A stretch of 64,000 nucleotides of DNA from an uncultured Chloroflexia bacterium. GTDB lineage: Bacteria > Chloroflexota > Dehalococcoidia > UBA2979. Both the position numbers and the translations under genes were made by a program. Under the pieces are notes generated by a model. It was not told the DNA's origin. It saw nothing but the letters and a program-made list of their open reading frames with translations, and ran no database searches. Location of the stretch: positions 224,001 to 288,000 of the forward strand of contig CAVSIV010000001.1 in the NCBI GenBank assembly GCA_963728205.1, in the 5' to 3' direction. Positions 8,625 through 17,636 of this stretch are shown here, in pieces; the stretch's first letter is position 1, and the number at the start of each line of letters is the position of its first letter.

Positions 8625-10340
8625 TTGATCGATCGCGGGTACTGGCAACGAGCGCGGACCGCGCGGACCTCACGCCGCGCAGTCCTGCGAGGCGGCGCCC
8701 TCGGGGTGGCCGGGCTCGCCGGCGCAGCCCTCATCGGCTGCGGCAGCAGCAGCAACGGCACGGCGACGCCGTCCGCGGCGGCAACGACCGCCGGGACGGC
8801 TGCGGCCGGCGGGAGCGCGACCGCCGCTGCTACGTCCACGGCGGAGCCGAAGACCGGCGGCAACTACCGCGCGGGCTTCACGGGCCCCTTCGCCGGCGTC
8901 GACCCCCACAACTCGGTCTACGGCGGCGCCGGCATCGTGCCGCTCGTTTACAGCAACCTCTTCCGCAAGGAAGTGCTGCGTCCGGAGGTCGGGCTCAAGT
9001 ACGAGCTCGCCGCCAGCCACGAGCTCCAGAGCGACAACGTCACCTGGGTCTTCAAGCTCCGCAACGACGTCAAGATCGCGCCGAACGGCCACAGCGTGCC
9101 CGAGCGCGTCATGGACTCCGAGGACGTCCTCAAGAGCTTCGATCGCATCGCGGACCCGAAGTCCGGCGCGAACGGCTACGCATTCTTCAGCCGCTGGGTC
9201 GACAAGTACGACGCCCCCGATGCCACCACGGTGCGCATCGTCACGAAGAAGCCGTACGCCTGGGTCGAGGAAGTGCTCGGCGACAACCTCCAGGGCGCGA
9301 TCGTCCCGAAGGAGTGGGTCGTCAGCTCCGACATCAAGAAGGACGCCGTCGGCAGCGGCCCCTTCATGCTCAAGGAGCTCACCGAGGGCCAGCGCGCGAT
9401 CCTCGTGCGCAACCCCAACTTCTACGACAAGCCGCACCCCTACCTGGACCAGCACACGATCCTGTCGTTCCAGGACCTGGCCACGCAGCGGACCGCCTTC
9501 AACACTCGCCAGATCGACACCTACGGCGGCAACAACGTCGATATCGACGAGGCGAAGCAGCTCGAGCAGTCCGTCAAGAACGTCGTCCGCTACGAGAATC
9601 CGAGCGTCGGCTACAAGTCGTTCTGGATGCGTGTCGACGCGAAGCCGTGGAGCGACGACCGCGTCCGCAACGCGATGAGCTTGTCGATCAACCGCGACCA
9701 GTTCGTCCAGATCATCGGCAAGGGCCAGTACACGCCGATCGGCCCCGTCACGGACGCGTTCGGCGACTACGCCCTGGCGAAGGACGAGCTCGCGAAGCTG
9801 CAGCCGAACGACCCCGCCGAGGCGAAGAAGATGTTCGACGCCGCCGGCGTGTCGGAGCTGACCTTCAATCACCCGACGAGCAGCAACACGAACGACTACG
9901 TCAATATCCTGGTGCAGCAGCTCCAGAAGATCGGAATCACGGCCAAGCCACAGCCGCAGGACGCCGGCACGTGGGTGGCTGCGTACTTCCAGGGGAAGCT
10001 CGAAGCGAGCCTCTCGCTGAACCAGACGTACAAGACGCCCGACTTCGCGCTGCAGTGGTTCCGCACAGGCGGCATCACCGGCAACGGGCACTACGACACG
10101 AAGTACTCGGTGCAGGCCGTTGACGACGCGATCGACAAGGCGGCGTCGACGATTCCGGAGGCCGAGCGCAAGGCTGCGTACCTCGACGCGCAGCGGCTGA
10201 TCCTGAAGAGCGCGCCGCCGTTCATCAACCTCGTGGACCAGTTCGACAACATCCTGGTCTACAAGGACATCATGAACTTCACACACGGACCCGGGTCAAT
10301 CGACAACTACTTCATCCGGGACATCTGGATCAACTCGTAG
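8625..10340 (+). CDS. ABC transporter substrate-binding lipoprotein, family 5 (Dpp/Opp/Nik), Tat signal
   Basis: SRRAVLRGG twin-arginine motif, lipobox ALIGC, VFKLRNDVK, GSGPFML, RNPNFY. Confidence 0.92.
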   Translation: MIDRGYWQRARTARTSRRAVLRGGALGVAGLAGAALIGCGSSSNGTATPSAAATTAGTAAAGGSATAAATSTAEPKTGGNYRAGFTGPFAGVDPHNSVYGGAGIVPLVYSNLFRKEVLRPEVGLKYELAASHELQSDNVTWVFKLRNDVKIAPNGHSVPERVMDSEDVLKSFDRIADPKSGANGYAFFSRWVDKYDAPDATTVRIVTKKPYAWVEEVLGDNLQGAIVPKEWVVSSDIKKDAVGSGPFMLKELTEGQRAILVRNPNFYDKPHPYLDQHTILSFQDLATQRTAFNTRQIDTYGGNNVDIDEAKQLEQSVKNVVRYENPSVGYKSFWMRVDAKPWSDDRVRNAMSLSINRDQFVQIIGKGQYTPIGPVTDAFGDYALAKDELAKLQPNDPAEAKKMFDAAGVSELTFNHPTSSNTNDYVNILVQQLQKIGITAKPQPQDAGTWVAAYFQGKLEASLSLNQTYKTPDFALQWFRTGGITGNGHYDTKYSVQAVDDAIDKAASTIPEAERKAAYLDAQRLILKSAPPFINLVDQFDNILVYKDIMNFTHGPGSIDNYFIRDIWINS

Positions 10341-10345
10341 CGGAG

Positions 10346-10383
10346 CGGGAGGGGCGAACGCGTACGGCGTCCGCCCCTCCCGT
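10346..10383 (+). terminator. Intercistronic stem-loop after the SBP gene
   Basis: GGGAGGGGCG...CGCCCCTCCC inverted repeat immediately after the stop codon. Confidence 0.6.
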
Positions 10384-10403
10384 TGCTTCCAGGCCGGGGA
10401 ATC

Positions 10404-11351
10404 ATGCTCAACTACACGCTCCGACGCATCGTCCTGAACCTGGTCATCCTCTGGTTCCTGTCGGTGACGATCTTCGTCCTGATGCGCGTGACCGGACCCG
10501 ACGTGGCGCTGTTGCAGCAGGGCATCAACGCGACGCCCGAGAAGGTGGCGGCGATCCATCACGAGCTCGGGCTCGACAAGCCGATGCCCGTGCAATACCT
10601 GGACTGGGTCAAGGGCTTCGTGACCCTGCACCTCGGTCGCTCGGTCCTCAACCAGGTGGACATCACCACCGAGTTCAAGGCGCGCTTCCCCGTCAGCCTC
10701 GAGCTGATGGCGCTGACGCTCGTCTGGACCGTGACGTTCGGCATCCCCTTCGGCGTCATCTCCGCGATGCGTCGCAACTCCGGCTCCGACTACAGCGTGC
10801 GGTCGTTCGCGGTGCTCGGCCTGGCGGTCCCGGGGTTCTGGTTGGCCACCCTGGTGTTGATGATCCCGGCGCAGAAGTGGGGCTACGCGCCGCCGCTCGA
10901 TCAGACGTACAGCATCATGCGCGACCCGCTCACGAACCTCCGGCAGTTTCTGCCGCCGTCCCTGATCCTCGCGTTCGCGCCGATGGCCAGCGTGATGCGC
11001 CTCACGCGCTCGTCGCTGCTCGAGGTGCTGCGGGCCGACTACGTGCGCACCGCGCGCGCGAAGGGGCTGGCGGAGCGCGTGGTCGTCGCGCGGCATGCGA
11101 TGCGCAACTCGATGATCCCCGTGCTCACGGTGATCGGTCTGCAGATCTCGGGCCTGCTCGGCGGGGCCGTGATCATCGAGCAGATCTTCAACCTCAACGG
11201 GCTCGGCCAGTACATCTTCAAGGCGCTGTCGCAGAAGGACTTCGCCGTCGCCCAGACGCTCGTCATGTACACGGCCGCCACCGTCGTCACGATCAACCTC
11301 GTGATCGATCTGCTCTACGGCGTGCTGGACCCGCGGATTCGCTACGCATGA
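10404..11351 (+). CDS. ABC transporter permease, DppB/OppB type
   Basis: ELGLDKPMPVQY, DYVRTARAKGL, HAMRNSMIP, LDPRIRY. Confidence 0.95.
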   Translation: MLNYTLRRIVLNLVILWFLSVTIFVLMRVTGPDVALLQQGINATPEKVAAIHHELGLDKPMPVQYLDWVKGFVTLHLGRSVLNQVDITTEFKARFPVSLELMALTLVWTVTFGIPFGVISAMRRNSGSDYSVRSFAVLGLAVPGFWLATLVLMIPAQKWGYAPPLDQTYSIMRDPLTNLRQFLPPSLILAFAPMASVMRLTRSSLLEVLRADYVRTARAKGLAERVVVARHAMRNSMIPVLTVIGLQISGLLGGAVIIEQIFNLNGLGQYIFKALSQKDFAVAQTLVMYTAATVVTINLVIDLLYGVLDPRIRYA

Positions 11352-11408
11352 GCGCGGGAAACCGCTCTTCATGCCAGCCCGTCGCGCGATGCGGTTCGGA
11401 GGTGACCC

Positions 11409-12320
11409 GTGGCTGAATCAGTGCAGGGGCGTGCGGCCGACGCACCGATCGCGGCGGTCGCGCGGCGCCCACGCGGTCGCGGTCGCCGCCTCTGGAACAT
11501 CGTGCGCGACAACCCGCTCGGCGCCGCCGGCGCCGTCGTGCTGCTCGTGCTCCTGCTTGCGGGGGTGTTCGCTCCGATCGTCGCGCATTACCCGATCAAC
11601 GACTTCGCCGGTCAGCCGGGCCTCGCGCCGACGGGGACGTTCTGGTTCGGCACCGACCGCTTCGGCGAGGACATCTTCAGCCGCGTCGTCTTCGGCGCGC
11701 GGATCTCGCTCGAGGTGTCGTTCCTCTCCGTGATCGGCGGCACCGTCGTCGGCCTCGTGATCGGCGCGTTCTCGGGCTTCAAGGGCGGCAAGGTCGACAC
11801 GGTCGTCCAGCGCGTCGTCGACACGATGATCGCGTTCCCCGCGCTCATCTTCCTGCTGCTGATGATCCAGATCCTGGGGCCGTCGATTAAGACCGTGATC
11901 ATCGTGATCGGCATCGTGATCATCCCCGGCATCGCGCGCACGATCCGCAGCGCGGCGCTGAGCGAGCGCAACAACCAGTACGTGGAGGCGGCGCACGCGC
12001 TGGGCGCGACCGACCTCCGCATCCTGCTGCGGCACATCATCCCGAACGTCGTGCCGCTCGCGATCGTCCTCTCCACGACGCTGCTCGGCGCCGCGATCCT
12101 CGCGGAGGCGTCGCTGTCGTTCCTCGGCCTCGGCATCCCGCCCCCCAACCCGTCGTGGGGGAACGACATCAGCCAGTCGCGCCTGGCGTTCCCGATCAAC
12201 GTCTCGGCCGCCTTCTTCCCGGGGCTCGCCCTGACGCTCACGGTGCTCGGGTTCAACCTGCTGGGGGACGCGCTACGCGACATCCTCGACCCGAGACTGC
12301 GCGGCGCGCGGCGCGCCTGA
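11409..12320 (+). CDS. ABC transporter permease, DppC/OppC type
   Basis: FGTDRFGEDIFSR, YVEAAHALGA, EASLSFLGLG, GDALRDILDPR. Confidence 0.95.
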   Translation: MAESVQGRAADAPIAAVARRPRGRGRRLWNIVRDNPLGAAGAVVLLVLLLAGVFAPIVAHYPINDFAGQPGLAPTGTFWFGTDRFGEDIFSRVVFGARISLEVSFLSVIGGTVVGLVIGAFSGFKGGKVDTVVQRVVDTMIAFPALIFLLLMIQILGPSIKTVIIVIGIVIIPGIARTIRSAALSERNNQYVEAAHALGATDLRILLRHIIPNVVPLAIVLSTTLLGAAILAEASLSFLGLGIPPPNPSWGNDISQSRLAFPINVSAAFFPGLALTLTVLGFNLLGDALRDILDPRLRGARRA

Positions 12321-12368
12321 TTCCGCTCGCGGCCGGGCCGCCCTCCGCTCGTTGCTGCCGGCACGCCG

Positions 12369-12396
12369 GCGTATCCCCTCGCGAGAGGGGATACGC
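12369..12396 (+). terminator. Perfect 12-bp hairpin with GCGA tetraloop downstream of the first ABC unit
   Basis: GCGTATCCCCTC-GCGA-GAGGGGATACGC; no long U-tract. Confidence 0.55.
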
Positions 12397-12703
12397 GTGT
12401 GCGGGGCTCCGGCCGAGGATCTGGGGGTACGGTTGGCCGCCCACCCGCGTCCGTGAGTGGACCACGACGCCTCCGTCAAGAGGCGTTCGGGGAGCGATTA
12501 CAGGTTATGGATTCGTTAACTGCTCATTGACCGTGTGACCCGGGCGGTGTCGAATATTTCTAAATCCGCGCGGACGTTCAAACCGTATGCATTTGTGTGA
12601 ATGCCGCGTGGAATCCGTCAGCGTCGGCGACCGATGTGTCGCCGAGGGCACGGCCACCGTGCCGGGATACGCTGCGGGATCGCTTTCGCCGGGAGGAGGC
12701 AGA

Positions 12704-14476
12704 ATGCGTAACGTTTCGTGGCGCCTGATGCTGCCGCTGTTGCTGGTCGTGGCCCTGGTGGCCGCTGCCTGTGGCGGCGGGAGCAGCACGGCGACCGCCA
12801 CCCCGGCTGCGTCCGGTGGTGCTGGCAGCACCGCCACCGCAGCCGCAACCGGGACGGCGGCAACGGCCGGGACCCTCGACAAGGACCAGACTCTCAACGT
12901 CAACCTGACCGCCGAACCACAGTCGCTCGACCCGCAGCGCGCGACGGACGTGGTGAGCATCAGCGTCCTGCGCCAGCTCTACTCCGGGCTCCTGCAGGTC
13001 GACGAGAACCAGAAGATCCAGCCGGCCCTGGCCAAGGACGTGCCCACCACCGAGAACGGCGGCATCTCCTCCGACGGCCTGACCTACACCTTCCACCTCC
13101 GTGACGGCCTGAAGTGGTCCGACGGCACGCCGCTCAAGGCCCAGGCCTTCGTCGACGGCGCCAAGCGCCTCTTCGAGCCCGGCAGCGGCGACTACTACGT
13201 CGACTTCTATCGCGTCATCGCGGCGCAGGGGAAGAACAAGGACGTCCAGTCGCAGCTCGCCGCCGGCAAGAAGGACGCCGACATCAAGGACGTCGAGCAG
13301 GCGGTGGTCGACAACCTCGAGGTGACCGCGCCCGACGACCAGACGGTGGTCTACCACCTCAACCAGAAGAGCCCCGTCTTCCTGCTGCTCTCCACGCTCT
13401 GGCCGCTCTACCCTGTGCGCGCCGACATCGTGAAGGCGCAGGGCGACAAGTGGACCGACCCGGGCAACCTGGTCTCCAGCGGGGCGTTCATGCTCAAGGA
13501 CTGGACCCACAACCAGTCGTTGACGCTGGTCAAGAACCCGAACTGGTACCAGGCCGACCAGGTGAAGCTGGCCACCGTGAAGATGGCCGAGATCACCGAC
13601 ACGTCGGTCGCGTACCTCGCCTACCAGAAGGGCGAGCTCGACGCGATCACGCTGGGCCCGGACCAGCTCGTCCAGGTCCGTGGTGACGCCAAGCTCCAGA
13701 AGGAGTTCCAGGCGTACGCGCTCCTGAGCACCATCGGCGTGTACTTCAACATGGACTACAAGCCGTTCCAGGACGCGAAGGTGCGCCAGGCCCTCGCCGG
13801 CGGGTTCAACCGCGAGCAGTACGCGGAGACCGTGCGTGAGGGTGCCGTGCTGCCGGCGTACAGCTGGATCCCGCCCGGGATGCCCGGCCACGACGACAAG
13901 CTCGGTCAGCAGTACAAGGACGCGGTCGACGCGTCGAAGAAGCTCCTCGCCGACGCCGGCTACCCGGACGGCAAGGGCCTGACGGTCGAGATCCTGCAGG
14001 CCGACAGCAGCGTCTCCAAGCTCACGGGCGAGTGGCTCAAGGAGCAGTGGGAGACGAACCTCGGCATCACCGTCAACCTCAAGACCGAGGAGACGGCGAC
14101 CTACTTCGCCGACCGCAACGCCGGCAAGTACCAGGTGACGTCCGGTGGGTGGGGCGCCGACTACCCCGACCCGCAGAACTGGATGCCGCTCTTCAAGACC
14201 GGTGGCGCGCTCAACTCGGGCAACTTCTCGAACGCTGACTTCGACAAGTTGATCGACGCGGCGGACACCGAGCTCGACAACACGAAGCGCCTCGACGACT
14301 ACGACCAGGCTCAGAAGATCCTGATCGACCAGGCTCCGTTCGCACCGCTCTACCACGGCCGGCGCAACGCCCTGATCAAGCCGTACGTCAAGGGCATCGT
14401 GCCGAGCCCGATGGAGGGCGAGATCCCGGGCGACTTCTTCCTCTGGAAGATCTCGATCTCGGGCCGCAGCAGCTAG
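12704..14476 (+). CDS. oppA: Oligopeptide ABC transporter substrate-binding lipoprotein (OppA-like)
   Basis: GGAGGAGG RBS, lipobox VAAAC, EPQSLDP, DGLTYTFHLRDGLKWSDG, GWGADYPDP. Confidence 0.9.
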   Translation: MRNVSWRLMLPLLLVVALVAAACGGGSSTATATPAASGGAGSTATAAATGTAATAGTLDKDQTLNVNLTAEPQSLDPQRATDVVSISVLRQLYSGLLQVDENQKIQPALAKDVPTTENGGISSDGLTYTFHLRDGLKWSDGTPLKAQAFVDGAKRLFEPGSGDYYVDFYRVIAAQGKNKDVQSQLAAGKKDADIKDVEQAVVDNLEVTAPDDQTVVYHLNQKSPVFLLLSTLWPLYPVRADIVKAQGDKWTDPGNLVSSGAFMLKDWTHNQSLTLVKNPNWYQADQVKLATVKMAEITDTSVAYLAYQKGELDAITLGPDQLVQVRGDAKLQKEFQAYALLSTIGVYFNMDYKPFQDAKVRQALAGGFNREQYAETVREGAVLPAYSWIPPGMPGHDDKLGQQYKDAVDASKKLLADAGYPDGKGLTVEILQADSSVSKLTGEWLKEQWETNLGITVNLKTEETATYFADRNAGKYQVTSGGWGADYPDPQNWMPLFKTGGALNSGNFSNADFDKLIDAADTELDNTKRLDDYDQAQKILIDQAPFAPLYHGRRNALIKPYVKGIVPSPMEGEIPGDFFLWKISISGRSS

Positions 14477-14502
14477 GCTGCGATCGGTAACGCGATACGA
14501 CG

Positions 14503-14536
14503 CGGGGCGGGCGGATCTGCGGATCCCCCGCCCCGC
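14503..14536 (+). terminator. Intercistronic stem-loop after oppA
   Basis: GCGGGGCGGG...CCCGCCCCGC inverted repeat. Confidence 0.55.
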
Positions 14537-14575
14537 GGTCCTTGCGGCGCCGGCAACACACGCCAGGGGCGCAAC

Positions 14576-15520
14576 ATGTTCCAGTACATCATCAGCCGCC
14601 TCGTGCAGAGCGTGATCACGCTCTTCTTCATCGCCCTGATCACGTTTGCGCTGATGCACAAGGTGCCGGGTGGTCCATGGGACGCGCTCGCCGGCCAGCG
14701 CCAGCTCTCCCAGCAGTTCATCCAGTCGCAACAGGCCTACTACGGCTTCGACAAACCCCTGCCGCAACAGTTCGTCCAGTACATGGGCAACCTCCTGCAC
14801 GGCGACCTCGGGCTCTCGTTCGCCCAGAAGGGCGTCACCGTCAGCTCGCTGATCGCACAGAAGGCGAAGCCGTCCGGCCTGCTCGGGGCAATGGCCTTCA
14901 TCATGATCTTCGCCGTGGGGATTCCGGTCGGTGTCGTCACGGCGATCCGTCGCAACTCGATCTGGGACTACTTCGGCCTGGCCGGCAGCACGGTGCTCGC
15001 CGCGGTCCCCAACTTCGTGCTCGCGTTCGCGTTCCTGATCGTGTTCGCCGTCTGGCTCGGCTGGTTCAACGTGCGCATGGGCACCGGTTTCGGCACCAGC
15101 CTCGGCACCGTCAAGAACGGCATCCTCCCCGCACTCGCGCTGGGCGCCACGCCGATGGCGCTCGTTGCACGGCTCACCCGCGGCGCGATGCTCGAGGTGC
15201 TCGACCAGGACTACATCCGCACGGCCCGCGCGAAGGGCCTCTCGCGCTCCGGCATCTACCTCCGGCACGCGCTCCGCAACGCCCTCATCCCGGTCATCAC
15301 GATCTCCGGCCCGATCTTCGCGGGGCTCATCACGGGGTCGATCATCGTCGAGCAGATCTTCGGGATCGCCGGCCTGGGCACGGCGTTCGTGACGTCGGTC
15401 TTCCAGCGCGACTACGGCATGATCATGGGGACGACGCTGCTTTACGCGGCGCTGCTCATGTTCATGAACCTCCTGGTCGACCTCGTCTACCCGCTCGTCG
15501 ATCCGAGGGTGAGGCTCTAG
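14576..15520 (+). CDS. oppB: Oligopeptide ABC permease OppB
   Basis: VPGGPW, YGFDKPL, DYIRTARAKGL, HALRNALIP, VDPRVRL. Confidence 0.9.
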   Translation: MFQYIISRLVQSVITLFFIALITFALMHKVPGGPWDALAGQRQLSQQFIQSQQAYYGFDKPLPQQFVQYMGNLLHGDLGLSFAQKGVTVSSLIAQKAKPSGLLGAMAFIMIFAVGIPVGVVTAIRRNSIWDYFGLAGSTVLAAVPNFVLAFAFLIVFAVWLGWFNVRMGTGFGTSLGTVKNGILPALALGATPMALVARLTRGAMLEVLDQDYIRTARAKGLSRSGIYLRHALRNALIPVITISGPIFAGLITGSIIVEQIFGIAGLGTAFVTSVFQRDYGMIMGTTLLYAALLMFMNLLVDLVYPLVDPRVRL

Positions 15521-16495
15521 ATGGCCGCCGCTGCCGAACCGCTGGGTCAGCTCGCCGTACAGGAGCGCAAGTCGGGGTTCTTCTGGGACGCCGTGCGCCG
15601 GCTGCGCCGCAACCGCGCGGCCGTCGTCTCCGCCTTCGTCATCCTCGCGCTGCTGCTCTCCGCCGCCTTCGCCACGGCGATCGCGCCGTACAACCCGTCG
15701 AAGCAGTTCTTCAAGTCCTCGACCGTCGCCGCCGGCGACCCGATGGCCCCGCGCGACACCGGGAAGTTCGAGAAACCGACGCGCGATCACATCTTCGGCA
15801 CCGACCAGCTCGCGCGCGACATCTTCAGCCGTACCGTCATCGGCCTGCGCATCTCGCTGTCCGCCGCGTTCTTCGCCATCGGCGTCGTCACCATCGTCGG
15901 GATCGCCGTCGGAACGCTCGCCGCCAGCGGACCGCGCATGATCGACGACATCTTCATGCGCTTCACAGACATCATCTATTCCTTCCCGGACCTGCTGTTG
16001 ATCATCATGCTGCGGTCGGTCTTCGGGAACGCGATCTTCGGCTTCACGAGCATCGCCGGCGTCGACGCGAACCTGCTGCTGCTGTTCCTCGCGATCGGCG
16101 TGACAGCCTGGCCGACGATGGCGCGCATCATCCGCGGCCAGCTGCTGTCGATCCGCGAGACCGAGTATTCGGTGGCGGCACGCGCGCTCGGCGCCAGTCG
16201 CACACGCATCGCGCTGCGGCACTGGCTGCCGAACGCCGTGGGGCCGGCGATCGTCGAGCTCACGTTCCTCGCCCCGCGCGCCATCTTCGCCGAGGCAGCG
16301 CTGTCCTACATCGGCATCGGCGCGAACCCGCCGACACCGAGCCTGGGTGTGCTGATCAGCGAGCATCAGCAGTGGGTGACCGTGAACTGGACGGGCGTCG
16401 CCTTCCCGACGGCCGTGCTCGCGATTCTGTTCCTCGCGTTCCAGTTCTTCGGCGATGGCCTCCGCGACGCGCTCGACCCGCGCAGCATGCACTGA
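15521..16495 (+). CDS. oppC: Oligopeptide ABC permease OppC
   Basis: FFWDAVRRLRRNRAA, FGTDQLARDIFSR, EAALSYIGIG, GDGLRDALDPR. Confidence 0.9.
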   Translation: MAAAAEPLGQLAVQERKSGFFWDAVRRLRRNRAAVVSAFVILALLLSAAFATAIAPYNPSKQFFKSSTVAAGDPMAPRDTGKFEKPTRDHIFGTDQLARDIFSRTVIGLRISLSAAFFAIGVVTIVGIAVGTLAASGPRMIDDIFMRFTDIIYSFPDLLLIIMLRSVFGNAIFGFTSIAGVDANLLLLFLAIGVTAWPTMARIIRGQLLSIRETEYSVAARALGASRTRIALRHWLPNAVGPAIVELTFLAPRAIFAEAALSYIGIGANPPTPSLGVLISEHQQWVTVNWTGVAFPTAVLAILFLAFQFFGDGLRDALDPRSMH

Positions 16496-16744
16496 GTTGT
16501 CGCGCTACCGGCCGGCGCGGCCTCGCGCTGACGCGCTCGGTCGCTCCGGCGAGCGCGCGGGTGCGCGGAGGCTGCCGGGCGGACCTTCCGGCGCTCGCGG
16601 CGCGCACGCCCGGCAGCCGCGCGGCGGCGCGCCCGCGCGGAACCCAAGGACACCGTCGCGTCCATCGCCCGCGGTGCGACTGATGCCTCGCGCGCATCGC
16701 GTAGACTCCCGGCACACCGACCGCGCGTGGAGGGGGGGACCGCG

Positions 16745-17536
16745 ATGTCCTGGGTCGACGTCAACGGCACCGACATCTACTACGTCGAAGAGGGGAGCGG
16801 ACCGCCGCTGCTCTTCCTGCACGGCAACAGCTCGTGCGGCGAGGCCTGGTGGCAGCAGTTCGCCGCCTTCCGCGACCGCTTCCGCGTCATCGCCTACGAC
16901 AGCGTGAACCACGGGCACTCGTCGAACTCGTCGCGCGACGTCGAGGAGCCGGATCGCGTCGACGAGCTCGAGGGATTCATCGCCGCCCTCGGGCTGCGTC
17001 GTCCCGTGATCGCCGGCAACTCGATGGGCGCGAACACGCTGCTGCGCTGGGCGACGCGCCACCCGGACGATGCGGCCGCGCTCGTCCCGTCGGGCATGGG
17101 CATCATGGAGCCCGGCGCCTCCGCGCCGCGCGCGGCCGAGCCGCTCAACCCCGAGACGCTCTTCCTGCCCATCGGCGACTCGCTGACCGACGGCTTCAAG
17201 GCCGCCCAGCCGCGCATGTACGAGCGCTACCTGCGCATCCGCTCGACGGCGACGCGGCTCGAGGCGATGCGCCACCCCCGCCGCCCCGCGGCGCGGACGC
17301 TCGAGGAGCGCGGCGCCCTCGGCGAGCGCGCGGGCGCGATCCGCTCGCCCATGCTGATCGTCGTCGGCACGCTCGACCGGATGCTGGAGCCGGCGCGCCG
17401 CCTGCACGACGCCGTCGGCCACTCCGAGCTCGTCGAGATCGCGGGCGCGCCGCACAACGTCTACTACGAGGCCGGCGAGCCCTACAACGCGGCCGTCGCC
17501 GGCTTCCTCGACCGCGTCGGAGCGGCGATCGCCTGA
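16745..17536 (+). CDS. Alpha/beta-fold hydrolase
   Basis: LLFLHG, nucleophile elbow GNSMG, GTLD, C-terminal GAPH. Confidence 0.9.
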   Translation: MSWVDVNGTDIYYVEEGSGPPLLFLHGNSSCGEAWWQQFAAFRDRFRVIAYDSVNHGHSSNSSRDVEEPDRVDELEGFIAALGLRRPVIAGNSMGANTLLRWATRHPDDAAALVPSGMGIMEPGASAPRAAEPLNPETLFLPIGDSLTDGFKAAQPRMYERYLRIRSTATRLEAMRHPRRPAARTLEERGALGERAGAIRSPMLIVVGTLDRMLEPARRLHDAVGHSELVEIAGAPHNVYYEAGEPYNAAVAGFLDRVGAAIA

Positions 17537-17636
17537 CATCCGCGGACGGCGCGCGGCGGGTTTCAGGCCCGCCGTGCGAGTGCGTGGGCCGGCGAGCAGC
17601 GCGGCCGGCAAGCTCCACGGCACGCCTGGAGCGCGG

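Noticed and set aside
12578-16492. Very long antisense ORFs (1304 aa here; also 4608-7304, 28862-31624, 38631-41753)
   Set aside because: Shadow frames of real genes, expected from stop-codon scarcity at very high GC; the translations are low-complexity with no family motifs.
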